The notes under the pieces: model-generated
Database searches by the model: none
Seen by the model: the letters and a program-made list of their open reading frames with translations, nothing else
What the model was told of the DNA's origin: nothing
DNA from: a virus
Virus record (IMG/VR): IMGVR_UViG_3300050821_007134
Span: 107,074-171,073 of that record
DNA: 64,000 nt
Reading direction: 5' to 3' (one strand)
Shown here: one piece after another, positions 37,928 through 47,595 of the stretch
Position numbering within the stretch: the first letter of the stretch is position 1
Layout of the letters: every line of letters begins with the position of its first letter
Program-made: the position numbers and the translations under genes

Positions 37928-38235
37928 CCGACGAAGATTCTAAACTGGCCAAAGAGCTTGGCGATCAGATTAAAAAGGGATTAGAGGAACAATTTCTCCG
38001 AAAGCCTAACAGTGAAACTACTAGGCAAAGTGCAATCGCTTACTTACAGGGAATGGTTAACCAATGGATGGAAGAAAATAAAATTGAGCCTGGACCTCTT
38101 CCAATAGTAGATGTTCAAATTGAAGACAGTCAAATGCACGTAAGGTTATTAGATCACGAAACAAAAGAGCCACTAACATGGGGACAGTGGATAGATAAAT
38201 ATTCATACGGAAGGTATTATGGCCGACGAGATTAA
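37924..38235 (+). CDS. Hypothetical protein
   Basis: 103-aa coupled ORF. Confidence 0.65.
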   Translation: MTDEDSKLAKELGDQIKKGLEEQFLRKPNSETTRQSAIAYLQGMVNQWMEENKIEPGPLPIVDVQIEDSQMHVRLLDHETKEPLTWGQWIDKYSYGRYYGRRD

Positions 38236-38842
38236 GGAAGAAAAGCTCCCCCCCTTTACGGAATGGGAAACTAAATATCGGACAGAATTGTCCGTATTGC
38301 CCACTTTCCAACGGCTCGCGAAAGCGATTCCCGATCTAAAAGAATTCATTTATGCTTGCGGTCCGGATGAATACAATGTCAGGCCCGATTCTCCTCTTTT
38401 CTTAAGATTCAGAATGGCAGAATATCCTAAGTCAGATCCCATATTTAAGCAGCTCACAATCAAGGGCCGCCCAGTTGGCGCTAAAAATAACATCAAAAGA
38501 AAAGAACCTAATCTCAATGTGAGTGCAAATAGTGCCGAAGAGATTCGTGAATTTATCTCTGAAGCTAATTTCACCTTCAATTTCAAGATCTACAAAGAGT
38601 GTCATATTTACACTTTTGCAGACGCGACAATCGTGTACTACACGGTAAAGGAAGAAGCTGATTCGAAAGAGCATTACTTCATTGAAATCGAAGTCGATGA
38701 AAAAACCATCCACAACTTAACCGAAAAAGAGGCCTGGACAGTCATTGAAAAATATGAGACTATTTTAGCTGAAACAGGTATCACTCCCCAGAAGCGATTG
38801 AGACGTTCACTTTTTGAAATGTTCAAGAAAGACGTAAAGTGA
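38219..38842 (+). CDS. CYTH-domain (triphosphate tunnel) protein
   Basis: EWETKYR (ExExK), LRFR, LTIKG, FIEIE. Confidence 0.75.
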   Translation: MADEIKEEKLPPFTEWETKYRTELSVLPTFQRLAKAIPDLKEFIYACGPDEYNVRPDSPLFLRFRMAEYPKSDPIFKQLTIKGRPVGAKNNIKRKEPNLNVSANSAEEIREFISEANFTFNFKIYKECHIYTFADATIVYYTVKEEADSKEHYFIEIEVDEKTIHNLTEKEAWTVIEKYETILAETGITPQKRLRRSLFEMFKKDVK

Positions 38843-39096
38843 AAATAGAAACTATCGTCCATACAAATAAGACTTATGAATTTTATTGTGATTGCGGAGG
38901 ATATTCGCAGGGCCACATATCTTCTTCTGGAATGGGAAAGAAACTTTCATTCACCGTGACTGTAGACTGTCCCTGCTGTGCCAGAGAAAGAACGTATAAA
39001 GGTCCAAATATGGACACACTTAAATTATCGACTGATTTACCGTCTTCAAATTTCCCCATAAAACAAACGTCGAACATACTGGATTTTTATGAGTAA
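38839..39096 (+). CDS. Zinc-ribbon hypothetical protein
   Basis: CDCG...CPCC. Confidence 0.6.
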   Translation: MKIETIVHTNKTYEFYCDCGGYSQGHISSSGMGKKLSFTVTVDCPCCARERTYKGPNMDTLKLSTDLPSSNFPIKQTSNILDFYE

Positions 39097-39250
39097 AAAT
39101 TCTATCATTCTGATTTTATCGCTTGCCCTCGCTTATTCTGCAAGGCATGAGATTGAAGGAGCTATTTTCAATGCTTTCTTTTATCTGTGTGTCCTTACTC
39201 GATCCGAATCATGTTTTGGATTAGTGTGCATGATCTGGAGGGGCTGTTGA
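39089..39250 (+). CDS. Small hydrophobic protein, 53 aa (MSKNSIILILSLALAYSA...)
   Basis: Fills the gap, overlaps the upstream stop and the downstream TTG; not in track. Confidence 0.5.
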   Translation: MSKNSIILILSLALAYSARHEIEGAIFNAFFYLCVLTRSESCFGLVCMIWRGC

Positions 39251-39921
39251 CCAAATGGAAACGTGCCGTTTATCATGCTCCTCCCGCAGACGTACCAGTC
39301 TTGGTGTGTTATGGCAGCGGCCATATGATGGTCTCGTCTGCCACTTATTACAACCAACAAATGAAGGACATGTTCAAGGCTTTAGCTCAAGAGGGTAAAA
39401 TGACACCCGAAATGGCTGAATGTAAAGGATACTTTAAAGAATTCGGCCAAAAAGTCTATCTAGATGACGCCGATGTCTATTGGACAGAACTGCCCGAGCC
39501 TCCCAAAGAAAGCAACACATTAAGCTCTATAACTGAGGAAAAATCTGTGGAAGAAAATGAAGAACAGTCAGGTGGAACTATGACCGTCGAAGAACTGGCC
39601 AAACACTTCGGCGAGAAAACTATCCCAGTTGAAAGAGGCGCTGATGAAATTTATGCCATAGCAGCTAGAGTTAAAAATGCCTGCGTACTACAAGTTGGGG
39701 CCAACCTCACACCAGCCGGTGTAATGCTCTGTAATACATACACCCATACAATCAAAGCTTTCTATGATTTCGCTAAAACTATCAAAGACGAAGATGATCG
39801 CGAGAGACTTAAATCATTCATTATGAGTCAAGAGGGAATGGCCGCCACATTCGTCGGAGCCGCTATGTCCAACGTTAAAGCTCAAGTCGAAGAACAAAGA
39901 AAGAGAGATAAGCAACGATGA
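39247..39921 (+). CDS. Hypothetical protein (N-terminal W...P...VLV...W.ELPEPP, DUF551-like)
   Basis: TTG 39247 after GGAGG; track start 39187. Confidence 0.65.
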   Translation: MTKWKRAVYHAPPADVPVLVCYGSGHMMVSSATYYNQQMKDMFKALAQEGKMTPEMAECKGYFKEFGQKVYLDDADVYWTELPEPPKESNTLSSITEEKSVEENEEQSGGTMTVEELAKHFGEKTIPVERGADEIYAIAARVKNACVLQVGANLTPAGVMLCNTYTHTIKAFYDFAKTIKDEDDRERLKSFIMSQEGMAATFVGAAMSNVKAQVEEQRKRDKQR

Positions 39922-40127
39922 AACAGTTATTGATGACCCAAGAAGAATATGACCAAGACATGCGAACGAACAGAGGAGTTGGTTTCTCAGAAGGATTCGC
40001 CAATTTATTAAACGGTCTGGCGCAAGAAGTCGAAGGCAGAGATATGCGCTGGAGCGGTGATCTTAAGTCTAATCCTCAATTGCAATTAGTCTTAAAATTC
40101 ATTTGGGAAAAACGGGACAAGAAATGA
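39918..40127 (+). CDS. Hypothetical protein
   Basis: 69-aa coupled ORF. Confidence 0.6.
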   Translation: MKQLLMTQEEYDQDMRTNRGVGFSEGFANLLNGLAQEVEGRDMRWSGDLKSNPQLQLVLKFIWEKRDKK

Positions 40128-40264
40128 AAAAGAAATTACACACATGGTACTTAGCGCCGAATGCAAAAAATGCGTACTGCACAAAATGTGGTTATTTTCC
40201 CGGTCCTCCAATTTTGCGGAAAAATGCTAGAGGCTGTTCTCGTCCTGCGGAAAAGACACAATGA
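40124..40264 (+). CDS. Small Cys/His protein, 46 aa (MKKKLHTW...CTKCG...C)
   Basis: ATGA overlaps at both ends; not in track. Confidence 0.55.
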   Translation: MKKKLHTWYLAPNAKNAYCTKCGYFPGPPILRKNARGCSRPAEKTQ

Positions 40265-40512
40265 GCGAGTCTCACTACCTGACTTGTCAGGACGAGAATT
40301 GCGAAAAAGCCTACTGCGTTGCTCGAAGAGATTACGAAGCAAAATTAAGCGGTCTTGAAAGAAAAAATAGAGTTTTGCAGGTCAAAATAGATAATTTAAT
40401 AGTGGGAAATCTTAATGATTTCACAGAGATGGAATTAAAGGTCGTAAAGCATCATAGAGATGAGCTACTAACTGAAATAAAACTATTAAAAAATATATTA
40501 AAGAAGAAATGA
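40261..40512 (+). CDS. Hypothetical protein, Cys/His N-terminus plus coiled-coil
   Basis: HYLTCQDENCEKAYC. Confidence 0.6.
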   Translation: MSESHYLTCQDENCEKAYCVARRDYEAKLSGLERKNRVLQVKIDNLIVGNLNDFTEMELKVVKHHRDELLTEIKLLKNILKKK

Positions 40513-40513
40513 C

Positions 40514-41503
40514 ATGGAATACAAGCACGACTTTGGTTTTGGCGATACTCGCGGAATTCGCGAAATTATGCTCAAACATGCCCCGTTCCTATCTTTGGGA
40601 CTCATGCCTTGGGAAAACTTCGGTTATCCAGCGCACGACGGGAACCCGCTCTTAAAGGCTGAAATTTCCAAACTTATCAAAAATCTCACAGGGAAAAGTT
40701 ACACTTATGTTTTAGTTACTGTCGGGGCAATGCACGCGATAAATGCCGCTATAGCGGCAATTCGGACCCCTAAAACCAAGTTTTTATACACAAACAAGCT
40801 CTATTTCGGCAGATATCCCGGTTTAGCGGTAAATTCAGGCCTCATTCATATCAAAACTGACAAAATGGGTCCCATGAATGGCGACATCGGAATCATCGAT
40901 TCCCCAAGCAATCCCGAAGGAATTCTGTCAAGCCACGGCAATGGAGACAATATCATCTGGGATGCCGCCTATTATTCGCCGACTTATTGCGGCATTGGTA
41001 ACAGGGACAACTTAAAGTGCTATCCCGTTATACCGAAACATGTGGTAATGGCCGGAAGTCTTAATAAACTAACAGGTGTAAATGGGCTAAGAATCGGATG
41101 GCTTGCGACAAACGACCAAAACATATATGAAAAGGCCCTAGGATACGTTACAAGCAACGTTTTGGGCATAAGCCAGCCTTCGCAGTGGGCCGCCTTACAA
41201 ATCCTCACCAAGGTCAATATGAGCGCTTTTTATGCTGAATCTAAGGCCCTTGTCGACTCCAATAAGACAGAATTGCAAAGACTTGACTATCTGTTCGGTT
41301 ATCAGCCTATACCGCGATGCGGTATGTTTGCCCTATTTGAGGTGGACGAGAAGTTGAGGAAATTGCTAGAAAAAGCATCGGTTCTAACCATGCCTGGGAG
41401 TCAGTGCGGAGATGATCGGGATAGCGTAAGATTTAATCTTGGAAATTCAAACAAAGATACAAAAGCGATGGTAGATGCGATCTTAAAAGCTGATGGTAAG
41501 TAG
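40514..41503 (+). CDS. PLP-dependent class I/II aminotransferase-fold enzyme
   Basis: GAMHAI, SPSNPEG, WDAAY, GSLNK (PLP Lys), GLRIGW, VRFN. Confidence 0.85.
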   Translation: MEYKHDFGFGDTRGIREIMLKHAPFLSLGLMPWENFGYPAHDGNPLLKAEISKLIKNLTGKSYTYVLVTVGAMHAINAAIAAIRTPKTKFLYTNKLYFGRYPGLAVNSGLIHIKTDKMGPMNGDIGIIDSPSNPEGILSSHGNGDNIIWDAAYYSPTYCGIGNRDNLKCYPVIPKHVVMAGSLNKLTGVNGLRIGWLATNDQNIYEKALGYVTSNVLGISQPSQWAALQILTKVNMSAFYAESKALVDSNKTELQRLDYLFGYQPIPRCGMFALFEVDEKLRKLLEKASVLTMPGSQCGDDRDSVRFNLGNSNKDTKAMVDAILKADGK

Positions 41504-41644
41504 GTTGGCCACACATTGATGGGCATTGCATTGCAGGCTTGTCACTACATGCGGAAGATGAATTCCAATCAATGCCAAAGCATCTCCTGGATACTGAATC
41601 AAATGCCACAAATCTGGATTATTCAAAACTGACAAATCATTCAT
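41483..41644 (-). CDS. Small hypothetical protein, 53 aa (MNDLSVLNNPDLWHLIQYP...)
   Basis: ATG immediately after the tail fibre stop (TAA-T-ATG); ends overlapping the aminotransferase 3' end. Confidence 0.45.
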   Translation of the reverse strand: MNDLSVLNNPDLWHLIQYPGDALALIGIHLPHVVTSLQCNAHQCVANLLTISF

Positions 41645-41645
41645 A

Positions 41646-44600
41646 TTAGCTAATCGGTATCGCCGAGCTTGAAAAAGAATAAACAGTGCTGCTCGCGAAT
41701 ACCACGTTTCCTAAATCTGGATTCAAATCGCCACCTGTATTACTGTTGAAACCAAAAGTAACATACGAAACGTTCGGTTGAATAGTTACTGCGAATGCCA
41801 CAGAATTTGAATTGTTATGATTCATAGTTCCACAAGATTCGATGGTTCCGTTGATTTTACTTCCCTGAGAGACAAATCCTGGAGGTAACGAAATCTGCGC
41901 TTGCGTTCCTGTGGGAGTTCCAGTTGTCCAGGTTCCCTTAATATGAATTGAATCTGCGCCATCATATTTATACCAGAAAGTTGCTCCAGTAACAGTTCCC
42001 ATTCCAGTAAAAGTTGGCGTATACGCGGTCCAGCTAGATGGACCACTTCCATTACTTAACTGAATTACGGTCCATTCAACAGCATTAACCAGTGTAGTGG
42101 CGCCTAAATTATTTATATGTGCAGTTCCACCAACAGCAGCTAATTCCAGTCTTACTGTTACAGGAGTATTAACTCCAGGAACGTAAATACCAGAAAGTGT
42201 TGTGGGCGTTATTACATCGTTGCCCGTGTTGGTATTATTCATCATGGCTGTACTAATATCTTCAGTTCCGTCGGTTAATTTAACGGCACTGGCGCCATCT
42301 GTAGTGGTATTAAATAATGGAAAAGTAGCGGTTATAAGATAAACCGCATTTGATGTAGGCGGTGTAAAAGTTATTCCGCATACGTTCCCGGCTGCGGCAG
42401 TTAGGTTTATGCCGGATGATTCTCTTATAGTAAGAGCATTCCCGCCAGAATTTGTCGGGTCTACATATGAAGCAGAGGTTGTACTCCAGCCCGATGCGCT
42501 ACCGAAATAAGCTTGAGCGTATGTACCGGCCCCACTGCCATTTCCGCTTCCACTCGCGCCCGCTAATGCACTTAGTGGTTTGGCATATAAGACAGAGTAA
42601 TTAATGGCTTGATCGCCACGATTAGCCCCGCCTACTACTTGAGCAGTGTAAATATGAGTTCCAGCGGGAGGAGAATCTATATATTTAAATGAAGATGCTG
42701 GTATTCCATGAATCTCAATTGCTATGTTATTCTGCATGTACATGAATTGAGAACTTATTAACACGCCATCTCTATAGAAATTAAGAGTTGCAGAACTATC
42801 GGTTGGAGTAGAATCTGTAATAATATAGCTTGGATTTGAAGATCCATCGGCCTGAAATCCAACTTCAACATCTCCACCGTTAGTAGTAACGACTGCCCTA
42901 ACGGGATTTACGCCACCGCTATCGAGAACTGGAATTAGAGTATTCGAGAAACCGAAGACGCCTGTAGAATTTGATTTAGCTATATTTGAAATGCCATCAA
43001 GTTGTCCGCCGTATAGACCTACGATTGGAACAGAGAAATCGAATGCTACCGTATCACTCGTATTGAACATGTTATTTGAATTATTTTTCTCTAAATTATT
43101 AGCGCTTGTTTTATAAGAGAAAAATATTTGATTTGTAGTCGCGCCGTCCGTAAATAAAATGGGCGCATCCGCGTTAGTTATGTTAGGAACAGATCCATTT
43201 TGCGATAACTGTTGAGACCATCCTACTGATTGGGTGTATGTTGTTGGAAGTTTAGTAAAATCTATTACGTAGCCAGTTGGCAACTGAATGTATGCGGTTG
43301 TAGCACTTACGGTTCCGCACTGAAATTGTCCTCTGACCTGAATAGAATCACCAATAACCCTATATTCTATTTCAGAATTAGTTACCGTGCCAAAACCAGG
43401 GGAAGGAGTAAAAGTTAAACTATCACTCCATGGGGTTAAAGGACTTTGAAACTGTCCGCTTAAGCCGATACCTTCGGCGAACATGTAAAAAGGATTACGT
43501 TCACTAGCATCTAAATATACGCCAGATCCACCATTAACTTGACCCTGAATATCAAAAACATAAGTTGTTCCGGCATTTAAAGAATAGACAGACTGTATAA
43601 ATTCATTTGAAACAGTGGGAGGAGTTCCAGCATAAAGAACTGCCTGAGATTCTTGTAATAACGTTGCTCCGCCAGAAGTGTTAAAAACTCTAGCGCCAGC
43701 TATACTATTTGAACCCTGATTATTTAATGGAACGGCGGTATAAACTTTATAAATTCCACTAATTGTGGGAGTAAATGAAAAAGCAGGACTATTATTAAAA
43801 GTTACGAATGAAGTAGAGGCGTTTAAGGTACTAAGAGTTGATACCGCGCTCGAAGCAAAATATGCAAATGCGCTACCTGTTGTTCTACCATTTGGACCCA
43901 TTAAAGCATTGTTAAGCGCGACAGAATATATCCATAAAGTTGTGAGAGCGTTATATACAGTACTGGATTGAGAATTCCAGGTTACTACATCTCCCGCTTT
44001 TAAATTGCCTAGATGTATTTCAGCGGCAGCAATATCACCATTTCGGCCACTTGTATCGAAGAAATAAGTTGTTGCGCCTGCATTTATCGCGCCATTTACG
44101 AAAGGTATGGCAATAATTCCACCAGAAGAAGACTGCGCTGAAAACCCTACTACATAGTCCCCGGCATATGGAACTGTATATTGCCCAGTTGCAGGATTAT
44201 AACCCGAGTTTGAATCGTAAGATACGTTACCTAAAATTATTGTTCCCGAACCAGAGAAAGATCCATAGGCTTTCATTTTTACTGGAAAGTTTTGACTTGT
44301 TAAACTTAAGCCGATACCTTCGGCGTACATATAAAATTGTGCAACATCGCCTCTAATAAAGGCATTCGGTCCACTTCCGGTAACTGCTCCTTGTACGTCG
44401 AAAACGTAAGGGGTACCGGCAACCAATTGATAGGTTGATTGGCAATAGGCACTGTTAACCGTTGCTGGGCTGTCAGAATATGCAACGCCCTGACTCTCGC
44501 TTAATAAAGTTGCACCGCCAGATGTGTTAAAAATTTTACAAACTGCTTCTTGGGTCGAAGAGTTAGTTTCTAATGGAACGCTCGCATATATTTTGTAAAT

Positions 44601-45479
44601 ACCGCTTATGACTGGAGTAAATGTGAACGCTGGACTATTGCTGAAAGTAGTAAATGTTGGAGCGACACTTGCTACTGGACTAGATATTGTATTAACGACA
44701 TTAGAAGTAAAAAGTGCGAATGAACTGCCGCCAGTATTTAGACTTCCATTTAATCCAATTCCTTCTGCGAACATGTAGAAAGGCGTAGGGCTTAATGTAA
44801 GCGTACCACTAGATGCGACCATTCCTTGAATGTCGAAAACGTAAGTATTTCCAGCTATTAAAGTGTAAGTAGATTGAGCATATCCACTAAATCCCGGATC
44901 AGTAACTCCGGCTTTGAACCCAATGGCCAATACTTGAGATTCAGCTAGTAAAGTGGCACCGCCGCTTGTATTAAAAATTCTTCCATAAAAAGGTACGTTA
45001 TCTCCTGGACCTGGAACCAAAGGAAGGGACGCATAAACTTTATACGTTCCGGTGATCGTTGGAGTAATCGTAAAAGCAGGACTCGTGCTAAATGTTTGAA
45101 ACGTTCCTACTGATCCACTAATTGCCGAGCCAGTAACTACTTGCGAAGATTGATAAGTTGCAAACGCAGAACTTCCAGAAGAAAGAAGTGGAGTCTCGAC
45201 ACCAGCAGAATTCAAAATATATGGAATGTTATCATTTTTGAAATAAAAAGAATTACTTCCAGATGGTGGATTCGCAGGAGTGGAAATTTGAGTTAGGGTT
45301 ATGGGATTTGGAGTGCTGCTACCTGATCCTGGAATTGAAACCCAGACGCCATTTACATACCCTCTAAAAGTATTTAATCCAGTGTCATAATAGATATCTC
45401 CATTCCTAGGATTAGCAGGAGCGGTTGGCAACGAGCCAAGATTTATTCCATTTTTGACATACTGAAAGTTATCAGACAT
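41646..45479 (-). CDS. Modular tail fibre / receptor-binding protein, 1277 aa
   Basis: N-terminal GDIYYDT..F.GY.NG.W motif, three ~140-aa repeats, C1q-like domain, Ser/Thr/Gly-rich beta modules. Confidence 0.75.
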   Translation of the reverse strand: MSDNFQYVKNGINLGSLPTAPANPRNGDIYYDTGLNTFRGYVNGVWVSIPGSGSSTPNPITLTQISTPANPPSGSNSFYFKNDNIPYILNSAGVETPLLSSGSSAFATYQSSQVVTGSAISGSVGTFQTFSTSPAFTITPTITGTYKVYASLPLVPGPGDNVPFYGRIFNTSGGATLLAESQVLAIGFKAGVTDPGFSGYAQSTYTLIAGNTYVFDIQGMVASSGTLTLSPTPFYMFAEGIGLNGSLNTGGSSFALFTSNVVNTISSPVASVAPTFTTFSNSPAFTFTPVISGIYKIYASVPLETNSSTQEAVCKIFNTSGGATLLSESQGVAYSDSPATVNSAYCQSTYQLVAGTPYVFDVQGAVTGSGPNAFIRGDVAQFYMYAEGIGLSLTSQNFPVKMKAYGSFSGSGTIILGNVSYDSNSGYNPATGQYTVPYAGDYVVGFSAQSSSGGIIAIPFVNGAINAGATTYFFDTSGRNGDIAAAEIHLGNLKAGDVVTWNSQSSTVYNALTTLWIYSVALNNALMGPNGRTTGSAFAYFASSAVSTLSTLNASTSFVTFNNSPAFSFTPTISGIYKVYTAVPLNNQGSNSIAGARVFNTSGGATLLQESQAVLYAGTPPTVSNEFIQSVYSLNAGTTYVFDIQGQVNGGSGVYLDASERNPFYMFAEGIGLSGQFQSPLTPWSDSLTFTPSPGFGTVTNSEIEYRVIGDSIQVRGQFQCGTVSATTAYIQLPTGYVIDFTKLPTTYTQSVGWSQQLSQNGSVPNITNADAPILFTDGATTNQIFFSYKTSANNLEKNNSNNMFNTSDTVAFDFSVPIVGLYGGQLDGISNIAKSNSTGVFGFSNTLIPVLDSGGVNPVRAVVTTNGGDVEVGFQADGSSNPSYIITDSTPTDSSATLNFYRDGVLISSQFMYMQNNIAIEIHGIPASSFKYIDSPPAGTHIYTAQVVGGANRGDQAINYSVLYAKPLSALAGASGSGNGSGAGTYAQAYFGSASGWSTTSASYVDPTNSGGNALTIRESSGINLTAAAGNVCGITFTPPTSNAVYLITATFPLFNTTTDGASAVKLTDGTEDISTAMMNNTNTGNDVITPTTLSGIYVPGVNTPVTVRLELAAVGGTAHINNLGATTLVNAVEWTVIQLSNGSGPSSWTAYTPTFTGMGTVTGATFWYKYDGADSIHIKGTWTTGTPTGTQAQISLPPGFVSQGSKINGTIESCGTMNHNNSNSVAFAVTIQPNVSYVTFGFNSNTGGDLNPDLGNVVFASSTVYSFSSSAIPIS

Positions 45480-45488
45480 CGATCCGCC

Positions 45489-47552
45489 TTAAGCTAACGG
45501 TCTTGCGAATAAAAGTGTCCATTCTACGAATCCAGTACCGGGGGCTCCACCATCTTGGTTTGCTTCGTAAACTTGAACGGTGTAAGTATGAGTTCCAACT
45601 GGAGGAGTATCTATAAATCTGAATGCAGCAGGAGAAGATCCGCCTCTTTCAAATCCAGTGTTATTCCCGGACATAAAAGCTTGAGTAGAAATCAATGTTC
45701 CATCTCTATAAAATAAAATATTAATCTGTGGCCAAGTATTTACCGCCCCAGTGTGATAAGCTATAATTGTTCCAATATTCCCAGAACCATCGTCTTGAAG
45801 ACCGACTTCGACATCTCCGCCATTACATATTACTGTTGCACTTAATGGATTAACTCCATCAGTTATGGGAGTAGGAGAATTTGGAATTACAAAACTAGCG
45901 CCCGTAGAATTTGATTTAACAATTCTAGAAACTAAAGACGCTGGTACGGCAGAAGATGATATGCCTGCTACCATTGTGGCGACTAGTTGACATCCTATAA
46001 CATTTACGCCAGAAGGAGCCGTGGGAGCACTACTGGACGAATAATATGCGAAAGCAGTATAGGTATGGGTACCAGCTGGCGGGTTATCAGTAAAGTAGAA
46101 ACTAGCAGGAGAAAAACCTGTGATACCTACGCCAATATTGTTTTGCTGACCAGCTTGCTGACTGCAAATCTGCACACCATCTCTATAGATATCTATGATG
46201 CCATAAGCTACAATCCCAGAATTACGGTAAACCTGAATCATCGATCCTTCGGTCACGCCGTCTGGTTCGAATCCAATTCTGACTGCCTGTCCTTGAGTTG
46301 TGATTACACATTGTATGGGGTTGCTGCTGGGATCTGTTATTTGAGCGCCTGGAGCCGTAGTTACAGCCGTGCTGAAACCAGGACTGCCAGTTGAATTGCT
46401 CTTGACTGGTATGTTAAGTCCGAAGGTTGTGGACGGACTTGCGATCTGAACTATGTCTAAATAGTTCCCGACAGTTCCGAGATAAGTGGGAACACTTGCC
46501 GTTCCGTTCCATATACCCTGTACTGTATCGCCGCTTTTTAGAGTGGTGCGTATGTAACAGAAAGCATCCTGAGTCTGGATAGTAGTGCCAGAACCAATTA
46601 CGGTAGACTGAAAAAATGAACTAGCAGATACCTGAACACCATTAACATAAATTCCAATGTATTGGTTGGCACTGTGACCTGGAGTCTGCGCTACGGAAGA
46701 TCCCATGGCGATGATGTAATCTCCACCAGCCGGACATGTCCATGTACCCGTGGAAGGATTATATGCATTAAAGTTGTCTTGGACAACGGTGTCATATATG
46801 ATTGGAGAACCAGAGCCAGGCATAGTAGAACTGAACTCTACGCGGGACTTTACTATGGGACTACCATTTGCACCAGCCATACTATTAGGACTTATAGACA
46901 CGTTTGCAATATTGAAAGTCCAAGCCAAGGCATTGGTCGTAGTAATATGCCAAATAAGTCTATAATTAGTACTGTTGAAATTTGTTTGAAAATATCCGCT
47001 AAAACTTCCAGGCGTAGCAACTCCATTTACGAAATAATTAGGAGTGACCGGTATCAACACAGCGTTAGTGATGTCGTATACCCACATTTGAATATCACTG
47101 TTAGTTCCAAGCACGAAGTTAGCACTTGCTTGATATTCAAAGCTTATGTTGATAACTCCAGGAGAAAAAGCTAAATCACTAGTGAAATCGTATGATAATC
47201 CTTCACCTTGAGCGTTGGCCGCAGCTTTGGATAAAACCCCCATCGTGTGACCGACAAGAGGAGAAGTTTGGGTACTTGTAAATGTGAGATTAGTGACTGC
47301 GCCGCCGGTACCAGTCGTAGGTTGAGACACGGCGCCGTTATTATAGAGATTATAGCCATTGGTCGAGCCAATACTTGGATTAGTATTGTAATTTATGGTT
47401 CCGCTGCCGCCGAGAGGTCCCCAGCTGCCGTTCTCAAAACCTAAGAAGCCCTGGATGGTATCAAAATAAACATCTCCATCTGCGGGATTTGTAGGTGCCG
47501 TCATCCCGTAAAAGCTAATACCTTTACGGACTTTCCAAAAATTGTCTGCCAT
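45489..47552 (-). CDS. Modular tail fibre / receptor-binding protein, 687 aa
   Basis: Same N-terminal motif; C1q-like (YNPSTGTWTCPAGGDY); two KSNSTG modules shared with 41646..45479. Confidence 0.75.
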   Translation of the reverse strand: MADNFWKVRKGISFYGMTAPTNPADGDVYFDTIQGFLGFENGSWGPLGGSGTINYNTNPSIGSTNGYNLYNNGAVSQPTTGTGGAVTNLTFTSTQTSPLVGHTMGVLSKAAANAQGEGLSYDFTSDLAFSPGVINISFEYQASANFVLGTNSDIQMWVYDITNAVLIPVTPNYFVNGVATPGSFSGYFQTNFNSTNYRLIWHITTTNALAWTFNIANVSISPNSMAGANGSPIVKSRVEFSSTMPGSGSPIIYDTVVQDNFNAYNPSTGTWTCPAGGDYIIAMGSSVAQTPGHSANQYIGIYVNGVQVSASSFFQSTVIGSGTTIQTQDAFCYIRTTLKSGDTVQGIWNGTASVPTYLGTVGNYLDIVQIASPSTTFGLNIPVKSNSTGSPGFSTAVTTAPGAQITDPSSNPIQCVITTQGQAVRIGFEPDGVTEGSMIQVYRNSGIVAYGIIDIYRDGVQICSQQAGQQNNIGVGITGFSPASFYFTDNPPAGTHTYTAFAYYSSSSAPTAPSGVNVIGCQLVATMVAGISSSAVPASLVSRIVKSNSTGASFVIPNSPTPITDGVNPLSATVICNGGDVEVGLQDDGSGNIGTIIAYHTGAVNTWPQINILFYRDGTLISTQAFMSGNNTGFERGGSSPAAFRFIDTPPVGTHTYTVQVYEANQDGGAPGTGFVEWTLLFARPLA

Positions 47553-47595
47553 TTTACTTTCCTTCTGTTTCCACTATCCGCAGAGGGTTGATTGT

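Noticed and set aside
41646-47552. Diversity-generating retroelement behind the fibre repeats
   Set aside because: No reverse transcriptase in the window; repeats are all in frame and differ at all base types, not only adenines
47553-47595. Structured RNA operator upstream of the 687-aa fibre gene (TCTG-CGGATAGTGGAAA-CAGA on minus)
   Set aside because: Only a 4-bp stem and a single copy in the window
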